DNA of 63,900 nucleotides, filler included, from Olpidium bornovanus S191 (GCA_017911155.1; 30 parts of 30 records of this genome joined end to end with filler, not necessarily neighbours in it); one strand, 5' to 3'. Counted from the whole stretch's first letter, positions 10,751 through 21,750 are shown. Numbers and translations: made by a program. Notes: generated by a model not told the origin, from the sequence alone.

Positions 10751-11143
10751 ATACCCACCACTCAAGCTCAATGTACCGCCCGCTTCTCCTTATTGTTCGG
10801 GCCCCCCAATCGAGGGGAGCCCATGTACGTAAAGCCCCTGGTGTCCCCTCTTCTAATAAACACAAGAAACCTTCGCCGGACACACCACCACCCACAACAA
10901 TTGGCGCCGGGCCTTGGAATTATTCTCCACAGCCACAGAGTGGTGGGAATTCGCTGGTGCTACGGCTTACCACAGCGCTGGTGCGCACTATACACATTGT
11001 CTAGGTCTTGGTCTTGGTCTTGATCTGGAAGTCACGTGACGTCGCGACTAGTCACACCAGTGTGTCTAGTGATCTCGGCGATTTCAAGGTCACGTGACTT
11101 TGCGTTTGGCGGGCTGCCCCCGATAGGCTTGACGTAGCCCGAG

Positions 11144-11178
11144 AGGGGTTTGACGCCACCGTAGCGCGCGCCGTGACA
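11144..11178 (+). repeat. Dispersed repeat, probable LTR terminus ending GTGACA; inverted copy at 21199-21235
   Basis: AGGGGTTTGACGCCACCGTAGCGCGCGCCGTGACA is the reverse complement of 21199-21235 apart from a 2-nt indel. TGTCAC/GTGACA is a typical gypsy LTR end. Confidence 0.65.
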
Positions 11179-11238
11179 GATCATTCGTTTAGTATTTGCC
11201 AGAAAAATCTTACACAAACTAGCATAACACAGTACTTT

Positions 11239-11417
11239 CAGTAGAAGTCACAGAAAAAATATATAGAATTATTAATCTCATACTGGTCGGGACTGACCGA
11301 AACTTATTAATTATTAGATATTAGTTTTTAGCTTGGCCCGAGTCGGGACCGACAATTTTTATTAATTCTGACAGGTTATTGATTTTGACAGGATTAACTT
11401 TGACAGGTTCTACTGTA
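11239..11417 (-). mobile_element. AT-rich Tc1/mariner-pogo terminal remnant (TA|CAGTAGAACCTGTCAAAA...)
   Basis: TA target site at 11416-11417, then CAGTAGAACC, sub-terminal CCTGTCAAAA repeats and a GGTCCCGAC motif. A degenerate CAGTAGAA lies at 11239. Confidence 0.6.
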
Positions 11418-12444
11418 TAATGTTCAAATCTTGTAATCTTGTACTCCAGATATTATTAAATATGTTATACTATGCAGTAACTCTTTAGTATAGTAATTTT
11501 ACTGAATATTAATTTTAAAATCTTGATATTTAACCGATAGAAATATCGAATTACAATAGTTCGATTCTTGTATTTTTAATGATGACGGCTAATTTTAATA
11601 TCTGTAGTTCAAATTCTGGTACAATGATTAACAATACAATTAAATCTGCTAATTCATGTCCCACTCCAGACACTTTTGATCCGCCAATCAGAGTAAAAGG
11701 TATTGGCATTTAAACATAATATAATAAATATTGGGGCCAGGGACGAGAGGGCGCGCGAACCCGCGGGCGGCACTTCGGCCGGGCTTCTGGAATTCCGGGC
11801 ACCAAGTTTTCGCCGGCGCTGGGGAAGCGTCCGCACTGGGCACAATGAGCGGCCTGGGCCACACGCAATGCGTGGAAAGAGGAAGAGAAACAAGACCACT
11901 GGCCGCTTTCGACGTTTTATTAGAGAGGCTCGGCGGGGAGTGCGCGGCATGTTTTCGCGATCACTTCACTTTATTTGCGCGGGGAAGGGAAAGAAACGGC
12001 GCTCGGGAGGGCGGGCAAGGCGGAACCGGGGGGGGTCCTTCGCCTTCTTCGCTCGTTGTTGGTTGGGAGAGGTAACCGCGGGGGGGAAAACGGCGTTGGG
12101 CGTGCGCTCGTCTGTGTTGGGAAAGGGAAACGGAACCGTGCGCAGAAGAAAACGGGATGATGGTGGTAAGGGGGTGCCTTTTGCGCCGCACCTGCGCACG
12201 GCCGTCGGCGGGCCGGCAGCGGCGGGGGAATATCGGAAAACCTGGCGAAAAATGGAAGGCGGGGAGGCAAGCGGTGAGGTTCAAAAATGCCAACCGTGAC
12301 AACACCGTTTGTAACCCCGTTTGTCATCCCGGAACGAGGGGAGGGGGGGTGAAGGGGGCAAGGCGGCCGGGTGCAAACGCCCGTCCCCAAAATAACGCTG
12401 GGAACAAGCAAACGAAAAGGAGGGGGGGGGGGGCCCCGCCGGGG

Positions 12445-12451
12445 TATAAAA
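12445..12451 (+). promoter_or_regulatory. TATA box upstream of U2 snRNA
   Basis: TATAAAA in a GC-rich context about 40 nt upstream of the U2 5' end. Confidence 0.6.
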
Positions 12452-12487
12452 GGCGGGCGTCTCCCGGCCGGAAACTTTTTTTCCCCA

Positions 12488-12596
12488 ATCCTCTCAGGCC
12501 TATTGGCTTAGATCAAGTGTAGTATCTGTTCTATTCAGCTTAATATCTGAATCGTCCCCTCCGGGGGACATAATGATATTAAACTTATTTTTGGCA
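12488..12596 (+). ncRNA. U2: U2 spliceosomal snRNA (3' part cut by the contig end)
   Basis: GGCCTATTGGCTTAGATCAAGTGTAGTATCTGTTCT (branch-point recognition sequence GTAGTA); stem IIa ATTCAG/CTGAAT; stem IIb GTCCCC/GGGGAC; Sm site ATTTTTGG. Confidence 0.97.
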
Positions 12597-14034
12597 NNNN
12601 NNNNNNNNNNNNNNNNNNNNNNNNNNNNNNNNNNNNNNNNTTAATTAATTAANNNNNNNNNNNNNNNNNNNNNNNNNNNNNNNNNNNNNNNNNNNNCATG
12701 TGAATATCCCCTGCTACGGAATGGAATGTCATTTCCACCGGCCCCCATTTTATGGTCGCTACGAAATACGGAACACGGAATACCCAAACGGCCACATATT
12801 CCTTATTGGAGGGATAATTTCTAGTTATTGCAAAGCAGAAATCTGAGCGCAGCACTTTTGTATAGGTGAAAGAGTGATGAAAAAGTCGTTGAATTGAAGG
12901 GAAGGAAAATACTGAAGCCAGGAATCAAGACTAGTCTGGGTGGTGCTATCAGTACGGAGACCAAACTGACGTTGCCGGAAAGCACGACTTTACCACGGCT
13001 GTCAACAGCAGTTACATAATTGCAAATGCGGGAGGTATAAAAGCATTTATACAAAAGTTACGTCAGTTGTTGCTGCCTGCCCAAAAATAAGTTTGTCGCA
13101 GCACAGCAAATTACACACATCGTGAAAACGGCAGAGCAAATCGTATCGCAAGTACGGCTGCGTTAAACGCCCTCATGAAGAACGTAAAAGGCGTTAATGG
13201 AGAAGTTCCCTGATGGCCAGAATTGAAATTTCTTGTGCCAATGGAAAGATTTATGCGGTTATGAAACACTTGTACCACATCGTCCTCTATAATTACGTCG
13301 TGTCAAAAGCCCATGAACATGAACTCGTACGAAGTCATTTAGTCTTGAGCACTCAATCTACAGGAAAGGAAAAATGGGCAGTACCGATGTGTTCATATTC
13401 ATATTCACAATCAACCTCCCGTTGGCCGCCCAAGAGTTGCTTGCACGGCATCTTGACTACATGCACGTCGCACACCTGATTTGGCATCGTCTCCGCAGCG
13501 GAAACGTCCTTCCGGCGGCCGCCAAAACAAAGGCCGGCCGCGCGCGATGCCGGCAAGGAAAGGAGGGAAGGAAGGAAGGAGGGCCCGGTCAGCCGCAACA
13601 CGCCTTCACTGTCCCCCATACTAGTTCCTGAGGTAGAGCCGGGCAGACACGGCACGACGAGGACTTCCGCCACCCCCCCCCCTTCCTTCCTTCCAGCCAA
13701 TAAAAAAAGGCATTACCATCAAATTGTACTCCCGTGCTTTGCCGACTTGTTTTAGATGAGGTCATATGTTGATATGGATGTCGCCAACGAATACGAGCGG
13801 ATCGAGGAAAACTTAACGCCCAGAGACGCAGTCTGGATTTTTATTTATTATCAATTTAGGTTTGCAATCCGGAAGTCAATGGGCTAGTTGACTGTAGTCG
13901 TGAAACCATTGTTAGGACATTAAAAAATGGCATTAAACGGACAATCAAAGAGCTGAATTACTATGCTTACATTTGCTTTATAGGCTGATTGGTCGACATT
14001 CACGTAAACAACCGGCTCACACCAGCAGCACCCA

Positions 14035-14240
14035 TGATACTTCCATCGGAAAGTTCCATAGTGACATGGAACGTGATGCCCTTGAGCGACAATATGACAT
14101 TAGAAGAATTATTAGCAATCTGGATCAGACAACTTGAATAACGAGAAAACCACACTGAAGAAACAATTAAGACAGTCAGTGAGACTAGAGAGAAGGAGAA
14201 ATAGTATGTGGATAAACGCCGAGCTAAAAGGCTGCGGCAG
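14035..14240 (+). mobile_element. Degenerate gypsy integrase C-terminal region
   Basis: PSESSIVTWNVMPLSDNMTLEELLAIWIRQLE*RE...REKEK*YVDKRRAKRLR resembles the post-integrase segment of fungal gypsy pol (TW...T.ELLA.R.RQL.RRE...K.YFD). Confidence 0.45.
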
Positions 14241-14880
14241 CACTCCAATGCGTTTTCATGGGTGTTGTGCAGAACCAGGCAAAGAAGGACACGACAAATG
14301 CTAGGTCGGTCCGCGTCATTGACGTCAACTATAAAAGGGAGCCAATCATCTCTGCATAACAATTTGTTTCGATCTCTGTGTCAGATGCCGACATTGTCGA
14401 TAAGGGCTCAATATTGCTGCTCTCCAGAGGAGTAGAAACAGGCTTGTCGTCGAGCATGCCAGAACTTTCATAGCAACTCAACGACGAAATGAAGCTGGCG
14501 CTGACAACGTGTTGCGGTTTGTTCTCGTTTTTGCGCCTTACGATAGGCGCGGAGCAACCTACTCAGCGTCCCTCCAAGGGCAAATTTGATCACGTGACTT
14601 ATAGAACGCATTGCCTCCAGGTCTAGAACGCACTATTTTTAGTGCGGTATTAACGGAGGTCTCCCGGTTGCATTCCCAGTGGCGAAAACAAAGTTTGAAC
14701 GGTGAGAGCGCCTCGGCGAGCGATTGCGGCCTGCCTCTCCTGCGGCCGGGATCGTCCCGCGGGCCGCTACGCCGGATGCTTCGGGACCGCCTGTTTTCAG
14801 CCGGGAAAATACGCATCCCGGCGTGCTGTGCTCCTCGCCCGAGAGACAGGCGGACGTGAGCAGGTCCCCGGGATCGCTTG

Positions 14881-16670
14881 ATGGCAAACCCGGCCGCGCC
14901 GGCGCCGGAACCCGCCGTGATCGACAAGCCGTTCCACGTCCAGCTCGATCCAGAGACCGGAGAATTCGTCTCGCTCGACGTTCTGGTCGCCTTGCCCGGC
15001 TACGAAGACCCGGCGTGCACGGTGAGGAGGCAGGTGCAGGTCAGTTTCACCGCGCAGGCGTCTCCGACGGCGCAGGCGATCCTGGATGCGGCCGCCGACT
15101 CGGAGGGCCTGAGCGTTGAAGGGAGGAAGCTGTTCGCGCTATGGGTGACCAACGGGGTCCTAGGTATGGGCCCCCCCCCCCCCCCGGCAGATTCCGGCAA
15201 ACGCTGCAAAGACGGTGAACCTGATTTTCACTGGAGGGGCCCGGCGCGCCAGATCTGCAAATCAGACCGCGAAGCACCTTGGCGTACATCGTCACGCGGT
15301 GGCTCCGATGGGTAAGGATTTTTCGCGGATGATGTCGGGCCTTCCCCCCCCCCCCACCTTCCCCCCGCACGGAAGGGCCGCCGGACCGTCCGCTCAAGCC
15401 GGCCGCCCGCCCTGCGGATGGTAGGTCGAAAAGTACACGCACGAGTCCGAAGAAGTGCAAAGGCCAATGCAGCTCGAGATCCGACGAGAAGCCCTGGTCA
15501 CAAAGGCGCAGGAGAGGAAAGTCGTCGAGGAGGGCTGTTTGCGATTCCTGTTCGCCGAGGTCCGTCACGCACGAACCGTTTCCGGTTTCGACGAGCGGAC
15601 AACGGGAAGACCAGGCGCGAGCTCATCTGCCGAATTTTTGCTGCAGGCGAGGAACAGAGTAGTTACAGGCGGATACCCTTGCACACCGGAGGATGCGGCA
15701 ACTCTGTGCGCGTACTGCCTGCAGGCATGTTACGGCGATTACGAGCCAGCAAAATTTCTACCAGGCCGTCCCCGGTATGATAAGATCAAAATAAAAAAAC
15801 TCTCATGCCGCGTGAGGTTATCGTCCACTGATTAGCGTTTGGTTACACGCCACGTTCGCGCCCTCGGCCTTCTTTCGGCAGAGACCAAGTGATGCGGAAT
15901 ATACCGCCTATCCTGCACAAAGCTATGCTACAGGTTGACTGGGAGGCAAAAGTGCTAACTGAGTACGGCAAGCTCAGGGGTCGCAGCCAGTTGATAATGC
16001 ACATGCTGTAGGCGATTTTTCCTGCGTTTCGGCAGCTCCCAAGGAACCCAACGCGCTCGGCAGATGCCGACCTGACGTCCTGCTTTGGCCTGGCGCCTCC
16101 CGCGGTGCAGCTATCTCCAGTACGTCCGGCAGTGGCCGGTGTACGGGTCGATCTTCTACGCCGCGTGCAAAAACGTGCCACCAAACGGATTCTTCGAGTT
16201 GCGAACCGATAACAAACTGATCGGCGTTAACGCCGAAGGGATCGTTGTTGTGGACCAGGACAAACACGTGCGTTGACTTCCCACTGGTGTCGCTCGACCG
16301 CGGGGCGGTGCAGGGGGCAGCGGTCGCGCGTCGCTTCGACACATTGGTGGTGAAGGGGAACACGGCATCTACCTGACGCTGCGGCTTTCGCCCACGGACG
16401 TTTTCTCTCGTCGCATAAAAAAAAAAGAAAATCATCTTTTCGGAGCCGTTCACTCGCATGGCATGGCTCTACAGCGAAGACACGATCACGCTTGAATACG
16501 GACCTGTAACCAACCCGCAGTCTCTCACTCTCCTCACTCCTCAGGCTCACCTGATCGACCGTTTGGCGGTCGAGGCAGTCAGACGCATAGAGAGGCAGGA
16601 GAAGCAAGTCAAGAAAATAAGGGCGGAGCAAGAAAAGGATGCACAGAGTGTTGAGGCCAACAAAACATAG
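14881..16670 (+). CDS. FRMD8: FERM-domain protein, FRMD8/iTAP-like, apparently complete (about 7-8 exons)
   Basis: Exons 14881-15163, 15253-15311, 15425-15559, 15647-15774, from 15882, about 16110-16268, and a last exon ending TAG at 16670. Motifs: LFALWVT...LQIRP...RW; LEIRREALV...E...LRFLFAEARNRVVTGGYPC; YLQYVRQWPVYGSIFY; LIGVNAEGIVVVDQDKH; TPQAHLIDRL. One internal junction near 15980-16110 is unresolved. Confidence 0.75.
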
Positions 16671-18040
16671 GAGAGTGACAAGATAGTCGGCACGTGCTTA
16701 TGCTCCGAAGGCGCCGCCGACGGCAGATCGGTTTTTGTCTTCCGCGTATGTACCTTGAGCGGCGAACTCGGTGGGGCCGCGTTCTTCCCTTCCGCGCGCT
16801 CGCTGTCACTTTCTGCCCGGCCGAGCAATGGTGGTGTTTCCGTTCCTTGGTTCAAGGGGACCACAGCCTTGGCACAACAGCGCCTTGGTTCGCCGCCCGA
16901 CAGCGGCTGCGCTTCTATACAATCGTTCCCCCGTTCCACCGCGGAACCGACAGAACCTCCGCGTCTCTTCTCGCCTGTCGCTGTCCGCGGTATTCGGTCG
17001 AGGCCTCTGGTGCGCATGACGCAGCCTCTTGGCGCACACCTTTCGCCGCATCCTGTGCAGGGAGAGCACGAAGCTGCCAAATCCACGGGCGCGTAACTTC
17101 GGCAACCAGCAGCTTCCGAGCGAGGACCCAACGCCCCAGCCCTCGTCTCCTTGGTTGCTGCCCGCTTCACGGACGCGCGCGGGTCCGAAACTCGTTCTGC
17201 CATAACGTCGCCTGGTCCGCGTGCGCGCGCGGCCGCGTTCGCTCGTCCGACGCAGGCGGCGGCGGTTCCGTTGCCTTCCGCTCGCACCCCCCCGCCCCCC
17301 CCCCCGGCCCAAAACATACCGCACCCTGCTTCTGCTGCGTCAAGCCACTCGGAACGTGCGACTGAGCCGAAACTCGGGAGGTGCCGCAGCCAGAAATGGA
17401 GGCGAAAACAAAGCCTTCCCTGGCTGGCCTGGAAAAAGGCAGCAAGCAGGGGCGTCTCCGCCTCCGTGTCTCCTCCAACCGGCCAAGAACCTGGTCAGCC
17501 CGGTGCGCGCTTACCGTCTCCGCAATCTCTGCTCCGTCTTGAGACGGGTCCACTGGAACGAGAGTGTCATCGCCCCCCCCCCCCCCCCCCCCCCNNNNNN
17601 NNNNNNNNNNNNNNNNNNNNNNNNNNNNNNNNNNNNNNTTAATTAATTAANNNNNNNNNNNNNNNNNNNNNNNNNNNNNNNNNNNNNNNNNNNNAAGCGT
17701 ACCAGATCAATTTCGACGACCCCAATTTCCCGCAAACCGAAGCTTGATTTCAACCCGGAAATGTCACACCTACCTCGATCATTTATTGCAGGATTGCTTT
17801 AATGTCCCGAACATGATCGCGCATGAAACAGCGCACGCCCGCAAACCGTTCGGCAGCTGCTTTTCGGAACACGGCGTCAATCGCACGAAAGCCGAGGCTT
17901 TGTCATTTTCTTTTTGCCTTCGGTCTTTACTTCTGGAAACCTTTTTCTCTCGCTCTCTCTCCAGCTCTCTCTCTCTCTCTCTCTATCTTTTATTCCTAAT
18001 AAACAATTAGAGTCCGTGTAAAAGTGTCACCTTTCTCGAG

Positions 18041-18930
18041 TCATTGCCGTACGAGGCCAACGACGTGGATAGTGCCAAGGACCGCTTCCAATGAAACGAA
18101 GCCCAGACCGATGGCATTAAGGATAACATCAAAGAGCAGGCTACGCGTGTACAGTGCAGAAAGTACAAGTACGCGCCAGTCAACCCAGGTTTGGAACGCT
18201 CACGGAGCACCGGAAGAAAAGAAAGTAAAAATAAACAAATAAGTAAAAAGTGGAAGAAAGAAAAAAACCAAAAAAACAAAACCAAAGAAAAACATGCGTG
18301 TTTTTTGATCTCGCGACGTACACGAAGGTTTGCCAAAGCAGAAAGAACAAAAACCCGAACACCGAGGCTATTGACAAACCAAGGAAGCTGATCATGGGCG
18401 CGACCTGATCTGTCTTGTTGCCCTTGGTGCCTACCAAGGATGAAGGGAGGTAGGAAGTGGGAATCAGGGAGACAGGCAAAAACGTCTTCTTCGGGGGGAT
18501 GGTTGCGGGGGGGGGGAAGGGGGGGGTGTTGCATCTTGTCTGGCTGAACTTTTTTTCGTCCGAGAGAAAGATAGTCGACATGCCCACCCAAAAACATCCT
18601 GGACGCTTCTACGCTGAGGAAAGCGAAAAGGGAGACCACTTCGAGGGAACGGGACAGAGGCGGATATGGGTATACGATTCCTGCTCACGCGACGCGTCAA
18701 ATGTGGAGGCGGGGGAGAAGGGGGGGAGGACGCGCAGTCAAAGGGGGGCGGGAAGAATGAGATGCAGAGGGAGAAAAAGACAGAGAGAGCGCGCGAGAAA
18801 GCGCGCGAGCAAAAGCGGGCGCGTGCGCGCGCTCACCCTTGTACACCAGCATCGCCAGAGTAAGCAGGAAGTACAGCGGCGTGTAGTATGTGTGGAAGTA
18901 GATGGAAATCTGCAACGCAAGCGACGGCAT
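18041..18930 (-). CDS. TMEM216: Ciliary transition-zone membrane protein of the TMEM216/TMEM80/TMEM17 family, complete, 131 aa; exons 18930-18837, 18680-18588, 18430-18322, 18140-18041
   Basis: Spliced product MPSLALQISIYFHTYYTPLYFLLTLAMLVYKGIVYPYP...VEASRMFLGTKGNKTDQ...LLWQTFVLLFDVILNAIGL... aligns by eye with TMEM216 (LYKG..LPYP, RLFFGTKGN, LLLQTYVL). All three introns are GT-AG and phase-consistent. Confidence 0.9.
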
Positions 18931-19055
18931 GGAGAAAACCGGTGGGTGTAAGAAAAGCAAGTGTGATTTTTTTTTTGTTCGTTTTCCGAGCGCGCGTTTG
19001 TCGGCGAGAGTTCCTTGGGCCGCTCGCTCTCCGCGCCGTTATTGGTCTTTTTTTT

Positions 19056-19088
<33 letters not shown>

Positions 19089-19115
19089 CCCCCAAAATTC
19101 GCGGCCCCTGTATCA

Positions 19116-19137
19116 GGTTATGAGTGAGCCCAAGCTC
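19116..19137 (+). mobile_element. Copia PBS/leader remnant
   Basis: CA|GGTTATGAG(TGAG)CCCAAGC matches the PBS plus leader of the element at 10218-10203, with a 4-nt duplication. Confidence 0.5.
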
Positions 19138-19311
19138 TGACCGAAATCTTCCATAGACGCGATCTCTCGGACGCCTCCGCGGACGCCTCCACGGCTGAGA
19201 GGTCTACGGTCNNNNNNNNNNNNNNNNNNNNNNNNNNNNNNNNNNNNNNNNNNNNTTAATTAATTAANNNNNNNNNNNNNNNNNNNNNNNNNNNNNNNNN
19301 NNNNNNNNNNN

Positions 19312-19816
19312 ACATGGTCGGCGAGGCGTTGGTTCCGTATTACCGGCAGATCCTGCCAATATTCAACCTTTTTTAAAAAAAGAGGAATGGTGAGATGCCG
19401 CCCTACGTCCCGGAAACACTGGTTTGAGTACCCCGTTCGTGACGTCGCCTGCGGGCTGCTGTGCCTTGGCCCTGGTTTCCGGCCACTCACCCGAATGGCC
19501 GTTTGCCGCAGTAAACCTCGGTGACGGGATCTATTACTCGCAGCAGAAGCGCGAGAATGTCGGCGACCTGACCCAGGAGACTCTAGAAAAACTCGAGATG
19601 ACCGGCGGGCCTGATGCGTTTATCAAGTATATTCACCTGAGGCTCGTCTAAACCAAGGCCGGCCTCCAATAAAAAAAACATCTTGTCGGAAAACGCTGCC
19701 AATTTCCGTGTTCCCTTACCATCGCGCTTTCAACATTTCCACTCCGCGTTCAGCGTTAAGGTGGGTTGCCGAGCACGATGGTCCCAACTTACGAGTCTGT
19801 ACAGTCGCGCGTATGA
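19312..19816 (+). CDS. PACRG: Parkin co-regulated protein (axonemal inner junction), 3' part, with two apparent lesions
   Basis: [20 protein letters not shown] / [39 protein letters not shown] / VK / MVPTYES matches the PACRG C-terminus. Exons 19312-19389, 19512-19626, 19754-19760 and about 19778-19816. In-frame TAA at 19374; the last junction is frame-incompatible. Confidence 0.92.
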
Positions 19817-20894
19817 TGGACCCGCTACCAAGTAATACAACACACATTGAACTCGGCCTTGCGCCAGTCCCGTTGACTCATAGAATCTAAAGAAATTCAC
19901 CTCTTAATCCGCAAAGCAAAATTTATCGTTCCACCGATTACTGGATTCCCTACCGATTCCTGCAGACATCCCTGCTGCTCAACGCTTTGATCACCGCACC
20001 ATCCCTCTTTCGTCTTTCATTCTTTTCGAGCGGCATTCCACTCTACGGCGTGTGAAAACACAAGGTTGTACTCTACGTTCTGAGAAGTTTGGTGTCGAAT
20101 GCTGCTCTGCTCAAGGTAGCCTAGGGGCGAAAAAGGAGGAGGCAGTACTGGATCGGTAGAACGCCCTGCCACCAAAATATCTGCGAAGTTCGTATGGAAA
20201 GGAACGAGCGATCGGTGAGCCACCTCAGAGAGACTCCGGAGGTCTGCAAGAAAGCGAGATATCCGTAGTGTAAATATTGCATTTTCCGTTGGTGAACACC
20301 ACGGCAAAGAACAGGAGTGCCAAAAAAGCATGTTCGGGGTGTCCGCGTCCAAATCTTTAACGATGCATTGCCTGGAATAACATTGTCCATCTCATATCCG
20401 AAAGCCGCGCGTGGGTGGTGGGCGCATGTTTTAGCAAATTTCGGGGCAGTGAATTTGGACGTGAATTCGTATGTACTGGTGTTCGAGCCGAACCCGTCGC
20501 CGGTAGGTTCGATGCATGGCATCCCGCAGAAGTCGGCGTCGCTGCAATATGGGCGGCGGGGCGTGCGGATTATGTCGTTTACAGCCATCCCCCTTCCCCC
20601 CCCCCTCCACCCTCCACCCGCGATGAACAGGCTGCTCGGCTATGAAACCTCACCCTCAATAACCGCGTGCCAGAACGAGGGCTCGCCCGAGTGGAATCCG
20701 ATACCGCGGTCTTCGTGAGGGGAGGACTGATCGTGCACGTCTACGTTGACAGTCTGCTGCTCGTCAGACAATTAAGTCGGCATCGACAAAGAACGAGAAG
20801 GGGGAAAGGGGCACAAATGGGCACGACCTGAGCGCCACCTAGGCGTGGGGGTGAGGGGGTGGGGGGTAAGGCGGACGCAGGCGAGACTATTATA

Positions 20895-20990
20895 TACAGT
20901 CGTCCCTCTCATACTTTATAGTCCCTGTTCCGGGTAAAATGTATAAGGTATCAGATGTTATAAAGTAGTGGATTATAGGGCCGAATAATC
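20895..20990 (+). mobile_element. Possible pogo/Tigger-like terminal inverted repeat remnant
   Basis: TA|CAGTCGTCCCTCTC followed by an AT-rich sub-terminal stretch; no partner TIR seen. Confidence 0.3.
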
Positions 20991-21225
20991 AATTTATTTA
21001 AATTAAAAAAAATCGGACTACAGCAGCTCCTCTCTCCCCAGCAACTTCCTTCCCAGCACACAAAACTTCCACAAAACCTGGAAAAACCACCCCCAGAAGA
21101 CCAAGCTCTTGTTGGCACCCAGACACAACACCCTCCCAGGGCATACTAAGGTGTGTTCCTGTCACCGGCTGTGCCGCCGGCGGCGGACTGTGTCGCTGTG
21201 TCACGGCGCGCCCGCTACGGTGGCG

Positions 21226-21300
21226 TCAAACCCCTCAGGCCGCGTCAAACCCCTCAGCCTGAGTCATGACTCAAACCCCTCATGACTCAAACCCCTCAGG
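21226..21300. repeat. Four TCAAACCCCTCA modules and a 14-bp palindrome TGAGTCATGACTCA
   Basis: Modules at 21226, 21245, 21271 and 21287; CATG at 21265, 21281 and 21307. Confidence 0.9.
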
Positions 21301-21306
21301 CCGCGT

Positions 21307-21750
21307 CATGGATATGGTCGCGCACGAACCGACGAATGCCAGGCGCAACCTCGCTTTCGTCGCGTCGATCATACCGAACCCCCCGCATCGGCATGTCATC
21401 GATAAAAGGCAGGGTCACTCGCGGGATAAACGCCCCGAAGATCTCGCTGAGCCCGGCTTGGACGTGGCCGACGGAGTTTGTAGCTCCCATTCCGACGACG
21501 CTCAAGCGCAGCAGCCCGAGAGGCGTCTGCATCGCCGTGAGCTCCGGCGAGGCGATCTCGAGTTGGAACTGGTCGTACCCAGAGTATAAGTCGGCCATTG
21601 AGTAAATTGCGCGGCCCGCGAAGACTTCGACGTAATCGTCTAATATCGGAGCCACCCCGGAGTTTCGGATCGTGACCGCGTTGACAGGTCGAAGGTCCTG
21701 GATAAACCGCAGGGACCCGTCCTTCTTGGGCACGGTGAACCATCGATTCG
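21307..21750 (-). mobile_element. Ty3/gypsy reverse transcriptase fragment (frame intact)
   Basis: NRWFTVPKKDGSLRFIQDLRPVNAVTIRN...DLYSGYDQF...TPLGLLRL...GATNS...PFIDD. Homology stops at the CATG at 21307. Confidence 0.93.

Noticed and set aside
13040-13160. Possible copia RNase H relic (ITHIVKTAEQI)
   Set aside because: Too short and degenerate to support as a feature without a search.
17695-19816. TMEM216 and PACRG as a ciliary gene cluster; likewise myosin V with tropomyosin, or U2 with INTS9
   Set aside because: They lie on different contigs separated by artificial linkers, so adjacency carries no linkage information.
21226-21300. AAACCCCT modules as telomeric repeats
   Set aside because: Not contiguous, not TTAGGG-type, and shared with an LTR-like terminus.
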